Shown here: positions 10,296 through 19,451 of the stretch, piece after piece
Numbering within the stretch: position 1 is the first letter of the stretch
How the letters are laid out: each line of letters starts with the position of its first letter
Source of the DNA: Candidatus Dojkabacteria bacterium
Lineage (GTDB): Bacteria; Patescibacteriota; Dojkabacteria; SC72
Direction: 5' to 3'
DNA length: 64,000 nt
Assembly (NCBI GenBank): GCA_050950165.1
Contig: JBMNHC010000001.1
Location: 191,151-255,150, forward strand
The notes under the pieces: model-generated
What the model was told of the DNA's origin: nothing
Seen by the model: the letters and a program-made list of their open reading frames with translations, nothing else
The model's database searches: none
Position numbers and translations under genes: made by a program

Positions 10296-11000
10296 TTAGG
10301 GGTGTAAGAAAGTTCCTTCTTTAAGTATATTTTTAATCTCTTCTATTTCTTCTAAGAGTTTTCCTCCCGTTATATGGTATGAAAGACCTTTCTTTTCGCA
10401 ATATATTGCACAGTGAGCATCTACAGGTATATGGGCATTAGGTTTGTGCGTTTGACCTGGTAATATATTAAACATTTTAAAATATTCTTTCCATTTCATA
10501 TCACGAATAGCTTTTGCTTCAAAAAACTCTTTTGGATCTTTATCATATATCGCATCTATATTAGATATCTTATACACCCTATCTATATTTAAAACATCTG
10601 CAAATATTGCTGCATCCATATCTGTACTCCAACCTACTTTAAGACCTCCACTAACCATATATTTATTTCCACTAGAGAGTAGGAATTCATAGGCATCTCC
10701 TAATTTCTCTGGTACAAATATCTCTTTATCTTCAAGATATGAGGCTAGTATGGTGGCATTCGTTTGTGTTAATGACATCGCTATACTATGTAGGCTATCT
10801 TCTTCTGATATGACTTCTGAGACTTTCTGTTGAACGTTTCTAGATATACCTCCTCCTCCTGTTACTAAGACAATGGTTTCATATTCATTCTTTGCTTTTA
10901 GATACCACTTCTTTATTCTTTTGAATAGTTCAAAGTTAAGATTAAGAAGATGGTCATAGAGAATAGAGCCTCCTACTTTTAGTACAATACTATTTTTCAT
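10296..11000 (-). CDS. pyrH: UMP kinase, archaeal-like (amino acid kinase family)
   Basis: IVLKVGGS, LVTGGG, SGGLKVGWSTDMDAA, SNIDAIYDKDPK. Confidence 0.8.
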   Translation of the reverse strand: MKNSIVLKVGGSILYDHLLNLNFELFKRIKKWYLKAKNEYETIVLVTGGGGISRNVQQKVSEVISEEDSLHSIAMSLTQTNATILASYLEDKEIFVPEKLGDAYEFLLSSGNKYMVSGGLKVGWSTDMDAAIFADVLNIDRVYKISNIDAIYDKDPKEFFEAKAIRDMKWKEYFKMFNILPGQTHKPNAHIPVDAHCAIYCEKKGLSYHITGGKLLEEIEEIKNILKEGTFLHP

Positions 11001-11788
11001 ATATTTAAAATTAATATTAAAGCTAGAATAGAGTAAAGGAAAGGTAGGGTATAGTCAATTAATTTAACTTTACCAGCAAAACGAACATTCCAAAGAGAGA
11101 GAATTAAGTAAAAGGCTAATGTTCCAACAGCGGGTATTATAAAGATATTTGTAGTGAAGAATATTCCTGCAGATATCGCTACAAAGATAGCTGATGCTAT
11201 TGATATACCGAAAGCAGATAGGCTTTCTCTGTTGTGTACCTTTACATCAAACCATAAAAGGATTGCAGAGACTATAAATACTAATATTAAAAATATCCAT
11301 AATTCTAATCCTATCCTTATTAATACTGAGAGAAGTAGGAAGAAAGTAGAGATACATATAAAATCGAATACTGCTTTAGTTTGACTAGCAATGGTGTATA
11401 CCTTTCTTAAAGAGCTTTTTACATTGATAAAAAAGATAAGTAGTTGTAAAGAGGCTACAAATATTAACACTATATCCATAAGAAATGATGTGTTGAAAAA
11501 GATATATGTTAAGAGAGATATATAAAATACTGAAGGGAGAACAAAGTATGAAAAGAATCTTTCTTTTATTGAGATTCGTTGAATGATTTCACTGTACTGT
11601 GATATTTTTCTACCTGAGTAGAGAGCGAATGCTCTAATTATCCAAGTTAATAGTAATATCCAACCTAAAATTCCACTTAATAGATACATAGAATCTAATA
11701 CATGGGTTGAGTATGCAAAATAGAGAGTTACTAAGATAATTAATAGTAAATAGAGTAACTCAGTTTTTAAATCTAGACTTTTTTTCAA
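10997..11788 (-). CDS. Polytopic membrane protein, unknown function
   Basis: About 8 hydrophobic segments; ATGA overlap with pyrH. Confidence 0.8.
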   Translation of the reverse strand: MKKSLDLKTELLYLLLIILVTLYFAYSTHVLDSMYLLSGILGWILLLTWIIRAFALYSGRKISQYSEIIQRISIKERFFSYFVLPSVFYISLLTYIFFNTSFLMDIVLIFVASLQLLIFFINVKSSLRKVYTIASQTKAVFDFICISTFFLLLSVLIRIGLELWIFLILVFIVSAILLWFDVKVHNRESLSAFGISIASAIFVAISAGIFFTTNIFIIPAVGTLAFYLILSLWNVRFAGKVKLIDYTLPFLYSILALILILNI

Positions 11789-11800
11789 TTTTAGGCAGTT

Positions 11801-13180
11801 TTAATTAATTATTCCTCCGAAACCTTTAAATATTCCAACTAAAATAATTAACCACCAAGCTCCAAGAGTAAACAGGCTTCCTGCATTTTTTCCTAACAAT
11901 CCTTTCTTCCAATATACGTAAACTTCTATCATTAAAAGTATAAATACAAAGGTTACTATACTCAAGCTAATACCATCTACTGTTCCTAAAAAGTTCTTAA
12001 ACCACAGAGCAAGGCTAGGAGAGTGTGTTACTTGTTCATCTCCTTCCAAAAAATACTCAGAGATGTCATGCTCCATTGTATTACCAACTTCATCTCCAAT
12101 TATAATTAATGATTTATCCCCTATTTCATCTTTAGCGATTCCTAATACGGCATATCCATCTTCTGTAATCTCAAAGTCATAAATTTTATCACCTGTAACA
12201 AATCTCAAGGTGTGCATATCTTCTTCAACTTTAAACATTATTTCAAAGCGATCTTCTTGTTTCTTAACTGCAACACTTTCACGAGCTAATACAGGTGGTG
12301 TTGAATCTATAGTAAAAATAACTTCTTTTGATTTTACTCCTAGACCTTTAACTTGTGCTGAGATCTTCTGCTCTCCTTCTTCCCAATCACTTACTTTGTC
12401 ATACTCCCACTCTGAGCTACTACTTTCTACTTCCCCAATGATTTTACCTTCATCAAGAATTTCTACAAAATATGAACCTTTGATATTTTTTACTTCTCCC
12501 TTAATATTTACATTGGCATCTTGTAAAATATCTCCACTTTTAGGGCTAGTTATACTAATTGATTTAATCTCTCCTTTGTCTACGATGGATGGTTTGACAC
12601 TTTCTACTGCTTTAACAGGAGGTGACGTTTTGTTCACTGAGCTTGTGAGATTACCAAACATCTGAACTACTAATATTGTTTGTTTTCCTTGCAAAACTCC
12701 TTCTACAACTGCAACTCCAATATCTTTGTACTTTCCACTCATTATGTTTTCTCTGTGTGTAGGGCTAGCCATCCAAGCTTCATGAACACCTTCTGCAGTT
12801 CTAAATCCTTTCGCAAGATTTTCACCAGCATATACATAGGTATACCCAGCTTGAGAGATAAACATCCAAGGTGTTTCCCCATTAGGACCGAAGTGATCCC
12901 AATATTGTTCTTGAAACATATTGTTAGCTTTAGCTTGGGCTGCTGCTGAGAGTCTAGAGTCTGTCTTTAGAGTATTTAGACCTGCTGCAGATCTCTCTTG
13001 ATTGGTTAAATTAATGATATTATTAGGGGTAATTGTACTCGCCATTGCTTCTGGAATCCCAAGAAGACCACCAAACATATTAACCAAAAGGAGAACTATC
13101 GTATACATAGTAAGAGCCACTTTTCCTAACAAATATGGCTTGTAATTATTTTTTTTGTTTGGAATAAAAAAGCTCTTCAT
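11801..13180 (-). CDS. CAP/SCP-domain surface protein with Ig-like domain and C-terminal TMs
   Basis: LTNQER, AAQAKANNM, YWDH, AGENLA, WMASPTHRENI, VVQMFG; FTIDSTPP Ig-like end. Confidence 0.88.
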   Translation of the reverse strand: MKSFFIPNKKNNYKPYLLGKVALTMYTIVLLLVNMFGGLLGIPEAMASTITPNNIINLTNQERSAAGLNTLKTDSRLSAAAQAKANNMFQEQYWDHFGPNGETPWMFISQAGYTYVYAGENLAKGFRTAEGVHEAWMASPTHRENIMSGKYKDIGVAVVEGVLQGKQTILVVQMFGNLTSSVNKTSPPVKAVESVKPSIVDKGEIKSISITSPKSGDILQDANVNIKGEVKNIKGSYFVEILDEGKIIGEVESSSSEWEYDKVSDWEEGEQKISAQVKGLGVKSKEVIFTIDSTPPVLARESVAVKKQEDRFEIMFKVEEDMHTLRFVTGDKIYDFEITEDGYAVLGIAKDEIGDKSLIIIGDEVGNTMEHDISEYFLEGDEQVTHSPSLALWFKNFLGTVDGISLSIVTFVFILLMIEVYVYWKKGLLGKNAGSLFTLGAWWLIILVGIFKGFGGIIN

Positions 13181-13246
13181 ATCTCATATATCCTATCACA
13201 CACTCTACATAAATATAAAGAGTTTAGATGTAAAGAGAGATTTAAT

Positions 13247-13272
13247 AGAAAAACCTGGGTCAGGAACCCAGG
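13247..13272 (-). terminator. Intrinsic terminator of hup
   Basis: CCTGGGT/ACCCAGG stem followed by a T-run on the minus strand. Confidence 0.65.
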
Positions 13273-13316
13273 CTCTCTAATTCTCTCATCTAGAGAGAAA
13301 TGCCGGCAGGAACTGC

Positions 13317-13589
13317 TTACTTAACAGCAACTTTAAGTGCTTTTCCAGCTTTGAAGGCTGGTACTCTTGTTGCTGGAAGCTTAATCTTTTCTAGAGTCTT
13401 TGGATTGATACCTACTCTAGCTGCTCTTTCCCTTACCTCAAATTTACCAAATCCTGTTAGTAAAACAGGATCACCAGCTTTAAGGGACTTTGTAATTGTA
13501 TCAAACAATGCATCTACAGCTTCAGCTGCTTGCTTCTTAGTAAGACCTGCAGACTTTGCTACTCTCTCAACTAAATCTCTTTTTAACAT
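13317..13589 (-). CDS. hup: DNA-binding protein HU
   Basis: [31 protein letters not shown]; AAAGGAGG SD before ATG 13589. Confidence 0.97.
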   Translation of the reverse strand: MLKRDLVERVAKSAGLTKKQAAEAVDALFDTITKSLKAGDPVLLTGFGKFEVRERAARVGINPKTLEKIKLPATRVPAFKAGKALKVAVK

Positions 13590-13956
13590 GACTTTAAAAC
13601 CTCCTTTCTTTAGAGATACGGTGCCACAAATCCTGATATCATAGGATTTGTACAACCTCATGAATAAAATAGCGTAAATAAAAAGCTACTTCAAGCTTAA
13701 TTTTATTATAGGACCCTTAAAAAACTATATGAAAAGCCTCTCTGAATATAGCTTTTTTAATAGAATACGAACAAAGAATTTGCTAGCCCATTATGACATA
13801 TTCTAAGAAAAATATTGGCATATCACTGTTTCATTAAACGCCCTGCTAGAAACCCTTTAGGAAAGGCACAATTGACATAAGCACAAAATTTAAACCTTTC
13901 TGATAGTTCAGCATTTTTCTAATCAAAATGTGTACATATTATCATTTCATTAACGG

Positions 13957-13988
13957 AAAGGGAGGCTTAATTGCCTCCCTTCTTTTTC
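13957..13988. terminator. Probable bidirectional terminator downstream of rny
   Basis: AAGGGAGGC-TTAATT-GCCTCCCTT hairpin with T-runs on both strands (longer on +). Confidence 0.7.
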
Positions 13989-14035
13989 AATCACTTCCAA
14001 GTACCTGTAGTATTGCTTACTAGAAGTTAGCTGGA

Positions 14036-15568
14036 CTAGCGAGCTATTTCCACAGATCTTGTCTCTCTAATCAATGTAACCTCCACATTCCCAGGATAAT
14101 TTTGCGTCTTCTCAATACTCTGAGCAATATCCTTTGCCAAAACAGTCATCTCATCATCAGAGATTAACGCAGGCTTAACTATCACCCTTAACTCTCTACC
14201 AGCCTTAATCGCAAACACCTCCTCCAACTTATCACCACCTAACTCCTTAGCTACATTCTCCAAAGACTCAATCCTCTGAATATACTGCTCATAACTATCC
14301 TTTCTAGCACCAGGTCTCGCACCTGAAATAGCATCAGCAATATACACCAACACCGCCTCAACAGACTGAGGCTCAATATCCAAGTGATGACTCTCAATCG
14401 CATTAACCAACTTCTCATCCAAACCATACTTCCTAGCTACCTGCCCCGAAATATGATGATGAGGACTATCCACCTTGTGTGTTAAAACCTTACCCACATC
14501 ATGCAAAAGACAAGCCCTCTTAACAAGACTAACATCTGCCCCCAATTCTGTAGCCAACACCTCCCCAACCTTCATCATCTCTAAAGTATGAGACATTAAA
14601 GACTGCCCATAGCTAGTTCTGTACTTCATCTTTCCAATCAATTTCAAAAGACCAATATCAATACCTGGCCAATCTGCCTCCTCAGCAAGAATCTGCCCAT
14701 TCTTCTTTATCTCAATTGAAATCTCATTCTTTGCTTTTCTAATCGCTTCCTCAATTGACCCAGGATGAATCCTACCATCTCCAATTAACTTCGTTAGCGC
14801 AACAGACGCTATCTCTCTACGAAGAGGATCAAAAGACGACAAAGCTATCGTGTTAGGAGACTCATCAACTATAACATCGACACCCGTCAACTTCTCAAAC
14901 GCTCGAATATTCCTACCCTCCTTACCAATAACTCTACCCTTCACCTTATCATCATCAATTTTAATAACAGAAGTCGTAGTCTCACTAACATAATCAGTAG
15001 CAATTCTCTGCATAGACTCGACTAAAATCTCTCTTGCCTTCTCCTCCGCCGTCTCCTCAACTCTCTTCTCTGCCTGCCTAATCTTTTTAGCCTCGTAATT
15101 TTTAATATCCTCATCCACCTGACTCATCAACTTCTGCCTTGCCTCCTCCTGAGTCAAACCAGAAATCTTCTCCAACTCCTCCTTAAGCTGACTCTTACTC
15201 TTCTCCAGCCCTCTCTGCATCCTCTTTACATTCTCCGACGCAACCTCCAACTCCTCACTCTTCTGATCCAACATCTTTGTTCGAGTATTAAGCTTCTTCT
15301 CCCTCTCTATTAACAAACTCTCATGCTCCTGAGTCTCCTTCCTCATCTGCCTCAACCTACCCTCCGCACTCTTCTTCTCCTCCTCTATCTCCTTCTCCGC
15401 CTTCTCAATCTTCTCACCAATTAACTTGTTTGCAACCCTCTCAATCTCCTCCTCCGGAATATTCCTTACATCCACCCACTTCCTTACATACTTCAGATAA
15501 GAAAAAACAACAATACCCCCCAACAAAGCCGCAACAAAACCAATAATGTAGTCCATCACTCTACTCAT
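14036..15568 (-). CDS. rny: Ribonuclease Y
   Basis: N-terminal TM, coiled coil, KH (KGRVIGKEGRNIRAFE), HD (LLHDVGK), ADAISGARPGAR. Confidence 0.97.
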   Translation of the reverse strand: MSRVMDYIIGFVAALLGGIVVFSYLKYVRKWVDVRNIPEEEIERVANKLIGEKIEKAEKEIEEEKKSAEGRLRQMRKETQEHESLLIEREKKLNTRTKMLDQKSEELEVASENVKRMQRGLEKSKSQLKEELEKISGLTQEEARQKLMSQVDEDIKNYEAKKIRQAEKRVEETAEEKAREILVESMQRIATDYVSETTTSVIKIDDDKVKGRVIGKEGRNIRAFEKLTGVDVIVDESPNTIALSSFDPLRREIASVALTKLIGDGRIHPGSIEEAIRKAKNEISIEIKKNGQILAEEADWPGIDIGLLKLIGKMKYRTSYGQSLMSHTLEMMKVGEVLATELGADVSLVKRACLLHDVGKVLTHKVDSPHHHISGQVARKYGLDEKLVNAIESHHLDIEPQSVEAVLVYIADAISGARPGARKDSYEQYIQRIESLENVAKELGGDKLEEVFAIKAGRELRVIVKPALISDDEMTVLAKDIAQSIEKTQNYPGNVEVTLIRETRSVEIAR

Positions 15569-15580
15569 AAAAATTTAATC

Positions 15581-15740
15581 AATCCTTGATTTTGAAGAAA
15601 GAAAAACGAACCTACAGCAGATTCTAACTCGCTCTTATATATCTATTAATAAATATACTATTCAAAATTTTCATTAATTCAAAATTCTTCTATCCTCTTC
15701 TCCTACAAGCCTCCCAACAATTTTGGCTACATCAAGGACT
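15581..15740 (-). ncRNA. Candidate structured RNA or leader upstream of rny (possibly 6S-like)
   Basis: Ends AGTCCTTGAT/ATCAAGGATT can pair; TGATATTAT extended -10 just upstream; no ORF. Confidence 0.3.
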
Positions 15741-15814
15741 TTCCAATAATATCATTTTTACCCAAATCTTTCTACCTCTGTCAGAAACAAATCCCCCCAA
15801 CCCCCAGCCACCAG

Positions 15815-15839
15815 AGGTCTGTCCCAAGTCTGTCCCCAC
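15815..15839 (-). repeat. Left REP-like end of the RAYT element (two tandem 11-mers)
   Basis: Minus strand reads GTGG-GGACAGACTT-GGGACAGACCT; 20/22 inverted match to the right end. Confidence 0.85.
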
Positions 15840-15876
15840 TTCATGCCGATTTCACCTCTCTCTGCTATCCTTAACC

Positions 15877-16311
15877 ATGTCACGCACACCTCGCAACTTC
15901 CAACCGAACAGCTTCTACCACGTATTCAACCGTGGCAACAACAAATCTTCCATCTTCCGAACATCTTCAGACAAGCAACTATTCCTCAGCCTACTATACA
16001 AATACAACAAAGAGTGTGGAATCAAAATCCTCACTTACTGTATCATGGAAACACATTTTCACCTTGTCATAAGAACAGGTGGAAACCCCAAACTCCTTTC
16101 GAAATTTATGCAAAAAATATGTACGAGCTTTGCGATTCAAATAAACAGAAAATACCAGAGAGTCGGGCATGTTTTCCAAAACAGGTACAACGCAAATCTC
16201 CTAATGTACAAAAAAGACTTGCGCAGAGCGATAGACTATGTCAGAAAGAACCCGGTACAGGAGGGATGGGTGAGAAAGCCGTCGGAATACAGGTGGAACA
16301 AGCGAGAGTAG
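15877..16311 (+). mobile_element. REP-associated tyrosine transposase (RAYT) / IS200-like Y1 HUH endonuclease
   Basis: FYHVFNRGNNK, YCIMETHFHLV (HUH), GHVFQNRY, DYVRKNPV (catalytic Tyr), SEYRW. Confidence 0.9.
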
Positions 16312-16332
16312 GGACAGACCTAGGACAGACCT
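16308..16332 (+). repeat. Right REP-like end of the RAYT element (two tandem 11-mers)
   Basis: GTAG-GGACAGACCT-AGGACAGACCT; contains the TAG stops of both the RAYT gene and tgt. Confidence 0.85.
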
Positions 16333-17339
16333 GAGATCAGGGTTTGGTAGTAGGTGAGGTTGTGGATTGTAGCGAGGGTGAGGGCTACGGCTTCTCGGTT
16401 TTTCATCATGTGATGGAGGTACGCCCGCGTGTAGTTAGCGCAACATTCGCAACTGCATCGTTTGTCCACAGGAGAATCATCCAACCCCATCTCGCTGTTC
16501 CCTATCCGAATCTCACCCTCAGACGTATACAACGTACCATGCCTCGCATTACGAGTAACCAACACCGTATCAAACAAATTGTACCCCATCCTCGCCGCAA
16601 CACGAATATCCTCAGGCTTCCCAACCCCCATCGCATACCGCATCCCATCAGAAGGAACACTCTCAATAACCGCAGCAAGCTCATCCACAACCAACCGCCC
16701 CTCCGAATCCACCACAAACCCACCAAAATTGTACCCATCAAAACCAATATCAACCAACTCCCTCGCACACCTCTCTCTCAAATCCAAAAAACTCCCCCCC
16801 TGCACCACAGCAGTCAACAACTTACCACTCTTAGCACTCCCCCCATACACCCTATCGAAATGATCCCTACACCTCTTAGCCCAAGCAACACTCCTATCCA
16901 CAGACTCACTCGCCTCCCCCCTACTCACACCAGCATCCCGACAATCATCCAAACACACCAACACATCACTCCCAATACTCATCTGCATATCAATACTAGA
17001 CTCAGGACTCAACTCAAACACACGACCATCAACAGGCGACCTAAACCTAGCACCATCACTACCCACCTCACCATCCCACCTCCCAGAATGAATCAACGAA
17101 AACACCTGAAACCCTCCCGAATCAGTAAACACTATCCCCTCCCACCCCATCATCCTCTTTATCCCACCCAACCTCTCAATCACCTCCTTCCCAGGAGACA
17201 TCATTAAATGCAACGTATTCGTCACAATCGCCTTCGTACCAGTCTCCTCTAATTGTCTCGTAGTCAAATATCTAACTGCTCCTCTAGTAGCATCAGGCAT
17301 AAAGAAAAGTCTCTCTTTCAGAATGTCCAAGTCCATCAC
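16320..17339 (-). CDS. tgt: Queuine/preQ1 tRNA-ribosyltransferase
   Basis: FMP, NTLHL, TDSGGFQVFSL, LDDC, VQGG, MGVG, TRNARHG, CSCECC...H zinc site. Confidence 0.95.
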   Translation of the reverse strand: MMDLDILKERLFFMPDATRGAVRYLTTRQLEETGTKAIVTNTLHLMMSPGKEVIERLGGIKRMMGWEGIVFTDSGGFQVFSLIHSGRWDGEVGSDGARFRSPVDGRVFELSPESSIDMQMSIGSDVLVCLDDCRDAGVSRGEASESVDRSVAWAKRCRDHFDRVYGGSAKSGKLLTAVVQGGSFLDLRERCARELVDIGFDGYNFGGFVVDSEGRLVVDELAAVIESVPSDGMRYAMGVGKPEDIRVAARMGYNLFDTVLVTRNARHGTLYTSEGEIRIGNSEMGLDDSPVDKRCSCECCANYTRAYLHHMMKNREAVALTLATIHNLTYYQTLISGLS

Positions 17340-17374
17340 TTTTACTTACTTAAATTACATTACTCGAATACAAC

Positions 17375-18415
17375 CTACGAACCAACCAAACCACTCCCAA
17401 TCAACATACTATCACCATAACTTAAAAATCTGTACCCCCTCTCAATACCCTCAGCATACGCCCTCCTCACATTCTCCACACCACCAAACGAACTAACAAG
17501 AAGAATCAACGACGAATCTGGCATATGGAAATTCGTCACCAAAACATCCACCACCCTCCACTCGTACCCAGGAAAAATGAAAAGACCCGTACGCCCAGAA
17601 AACTCCCTAACTAAATACCTACCATCACTCATATACGCCACACTCTCTAAAACCCTAGCAACCGTTGTACCGAAAGCCCACAACCTCCCCTTCCTCCCAT
17701 TAATTACCTCTGCTACCCCCTTACTAACACTCAAATACTCTTCATGAATTCGAAAATCCTCAATATTCTCCTCCCTAACAGGCTGAAACGTTCCCCAGCC
17801 AACCCTCAACTCAACCCTTACAACCCTAGCACCTCTTCTCTCGATCCCCTCCAAAATCTCATCTGTCAAATTCAAACTAGCAGTAGGAGCAGCAACAGAC
17901 CCACCCAATCTAGCAAACACCGTATTGTACCTCTCCCTATCCTTCCTCACATCCTCCCTCCTCATATACGGAGGAAGAGGCACATGACCATACCTCTCAA
18001 AAAGCTCCTCACTACTCCCCCTAAGAAAACTAATTAAAAACCCATTCCCTCTTCGCTTACCAACCCTAATTAAAATATCCCCCTGACTACCCCTAAGCAC
18101 CTCACCCTCAAAAACATCCCTCGCTCTACCAACCAACCCAAACCACACCCCACCTCCCAAATCCTCCAAGAAAAAAACCTCAACCTCCTTACCCCTTGAA
18201 GAAATGAAAAAAGTTCTACAATTCAAAACCCTTGTCTCATTAAGAACAACTACATCTCCCTCCCTTATATACTCAACAAGATTAAAATATCTCCTGTGCT
18301 CAATCTCTCCACTCTCCCTATCCAAAACCAAGAGATTAGACTCTCCTCTCTTCTTAACTGGATACTTTGCAATTAACCCCTCTGGCAATTCATACCAAAA
18401 ATCTCTCATTTTCAT
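17375..18415 (-). CDS. queA: SAM:tRNA ribosyltransferase-isomerase
   Basis: YELPEGLIA, GHVPLPPY, SVAAPTA, GTT, TNFHMP, YRFLSYGDSM. Confidence 0.95.
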   Translation of the reverse strand: MKMRDFWYELPEGLIAKYPVKKRGESNLLVLDRESGEIEHRRYFNLVEYIREGDVVVLNETRVLNCRTFFISSRGKEVEVFFLEDLGGGVWFGLVGRARDVFEGEVLRGSQGDILIRVGKRRGNGFLISFLRGSSEELFERYGHVPLPPYMRREDVRKDRERYNTVFARLGGSVAAPTASLNLTDEILEGIERRGARVVRVELRVGWGTFQPVREENIEDFRIHEEYLSVSKGVAEVINGRKGRLWAFGTTVARVLESVAYMSDGRYLVREFSGRTGLFIFPGYEWRVVDVLVTNFHMPDSSLILLVSSFGGVENVRRAYAEGIERGYRFLSYGDSMLIGSGLVGS

Positions 18416-18503
18416 ATCCCCAATTATACCCCACCCATCTGTTCATTTCACCCTTTACAAAGCCACTTCTGTTAGCTATGACCTTTCTGTGATAAAATAT
18501 GGA

Positions 18504-19451
18504 ATGCAAAAAAGAGTAAAATGTGTGTTCTTAGGTAGTAGCTGGGAATCTGTTGAAACCCTCAAAGCACTACACCAAGACAAAAGATTTAACGTAGTAG
18601 GCGTAATAACTGGCGTAGACAAACCAGTAGGTCGAAAACAAATACTAACCCCCTTCGAAGTAAAAAAGTATGCCTTAGATAGCGGTATAGAGGTTTTTCA
18701 TACAGAAAAAAACGTTGATAGGTACCAAAAAGCAATCGAAATCTTTAAACCAGAACTAGTCGTATGCAAGGCATTCGGTGAGCTAATCCCAAAATTCTTC
18801 CTAGAATATCCAAAATACAAAGCAATCAACATCCACTTCTCTCTACTACCAAAATACAGAGGAGCAGTCCCAATTCAAAAAGCCATACTCGAAGGAGAAA
18901 AAGAAACAGGCATCTCAATCATGCTAATGACAGAGAAACTAGATGAAGGAGACATACTAGAAGTATTCAAAGAACCAATACTCCCAACAGACACAAACCT
19001 CTCTCTAAGAACTCGCCTAGTCAAAAAAAACGCAGAAGTAATTGGAGATGTACTAATGAAGTGGATAAACGGAGAAATATCTCCTAAAAAACAAGACCAC
19101 AACAAAGCCACATACTGCTGGCAACCAGATATCTCCAAAGAAAAAGCAGAAATCCGATGGGAAGAAATGGAACCTGAATACATTGAAAGACTAACAAGAG
19201 CAATGATACCATGGCCAGTAGCCTGGACGAGACTACACAACGGCAAAACCCTAAAACTCTTCTCTGTACAACTCCTTCCCATACAATCCTCTCTTGCTCC
19301 CGGAACTCTACATCGCAAAAACAACATGCTACTCCTCTCTACCAAAGACCCAAACCTCTCTATCAGAGTACTAGACGCACAAATCGAAGGAAAAAAACGT
19401 ATGAATGAAAGAGACCTACTCAACGGATTACCTCTTAACAAAAATGCGTAA
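18504..19451 (+). CDS. fmt: Methionyl-tRNA formyltransferase
   Basis: DKPVGRKQ, NIHFSLLPKYRGAVPIQ, LDEGDI, PWP, EGKKRM; start moved to ATG 18504. Confidence 0.95.
   Translation: MQKRVKCVFLGSSWESVETLKALHQDKRFNVVGVITGVDKPVGRKQILTPFEVKKYALDSGIEVFHTEKNVDRYQKAIEIFKPELVVCKAFGELIPKFFLEYPKYKAINIHFSLLPKYRGAVPIQKAILEGEKETGISIMLMTEKLDEGDILEVFKEPILPTDTNLSLRTRLVKKNAEVIGDVLMKWINGEISPKKQDHNKATYCWQPDISKEKAEIRWEEMEPEYIERLTRAMIPWPVAWTRLHNGKTLKLFSVQLLPIQSSLAPGTLHRKNNMLLLSTKDPNLSIRVLDAQIEGKKRMNERDLLNGLPLNKNA

Noticed and set aside
13660-14030. Possible oriC or dif in the hup-rny intergenic region
   Set aside because: No DnaA-box cluster seen; TTATGTCAA half-site lacks a convincing XerC arm. Similar half-sites near 7870 and 60410 are also unconvincing.
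16344-17207. Long + strand ORFs antisense to tgt/queA (also 16462-16863, 17744-18037) and 15843-16334 overlapping RAYT
   Set aside because: His/Pro/Thr/Gln-rich low-complexity products; stops are missing because the strand lacks T and G. A by-product of the skew.
18204-18503. N-terminal extensions in the ORF track for fmt, greA2, hup, rplX, rplN, rpsN and the G5 protein
   Set aside because: They overlap neighbours or promoters; downstream ATGs fit family lengths.
14036-19451. Diversity-generating retroelement as the cause of A>G-like changes
   Set aside because: No reverse transcriptase and no template/variable repeat pair; the bias is kilobase-wide and includes C>T.
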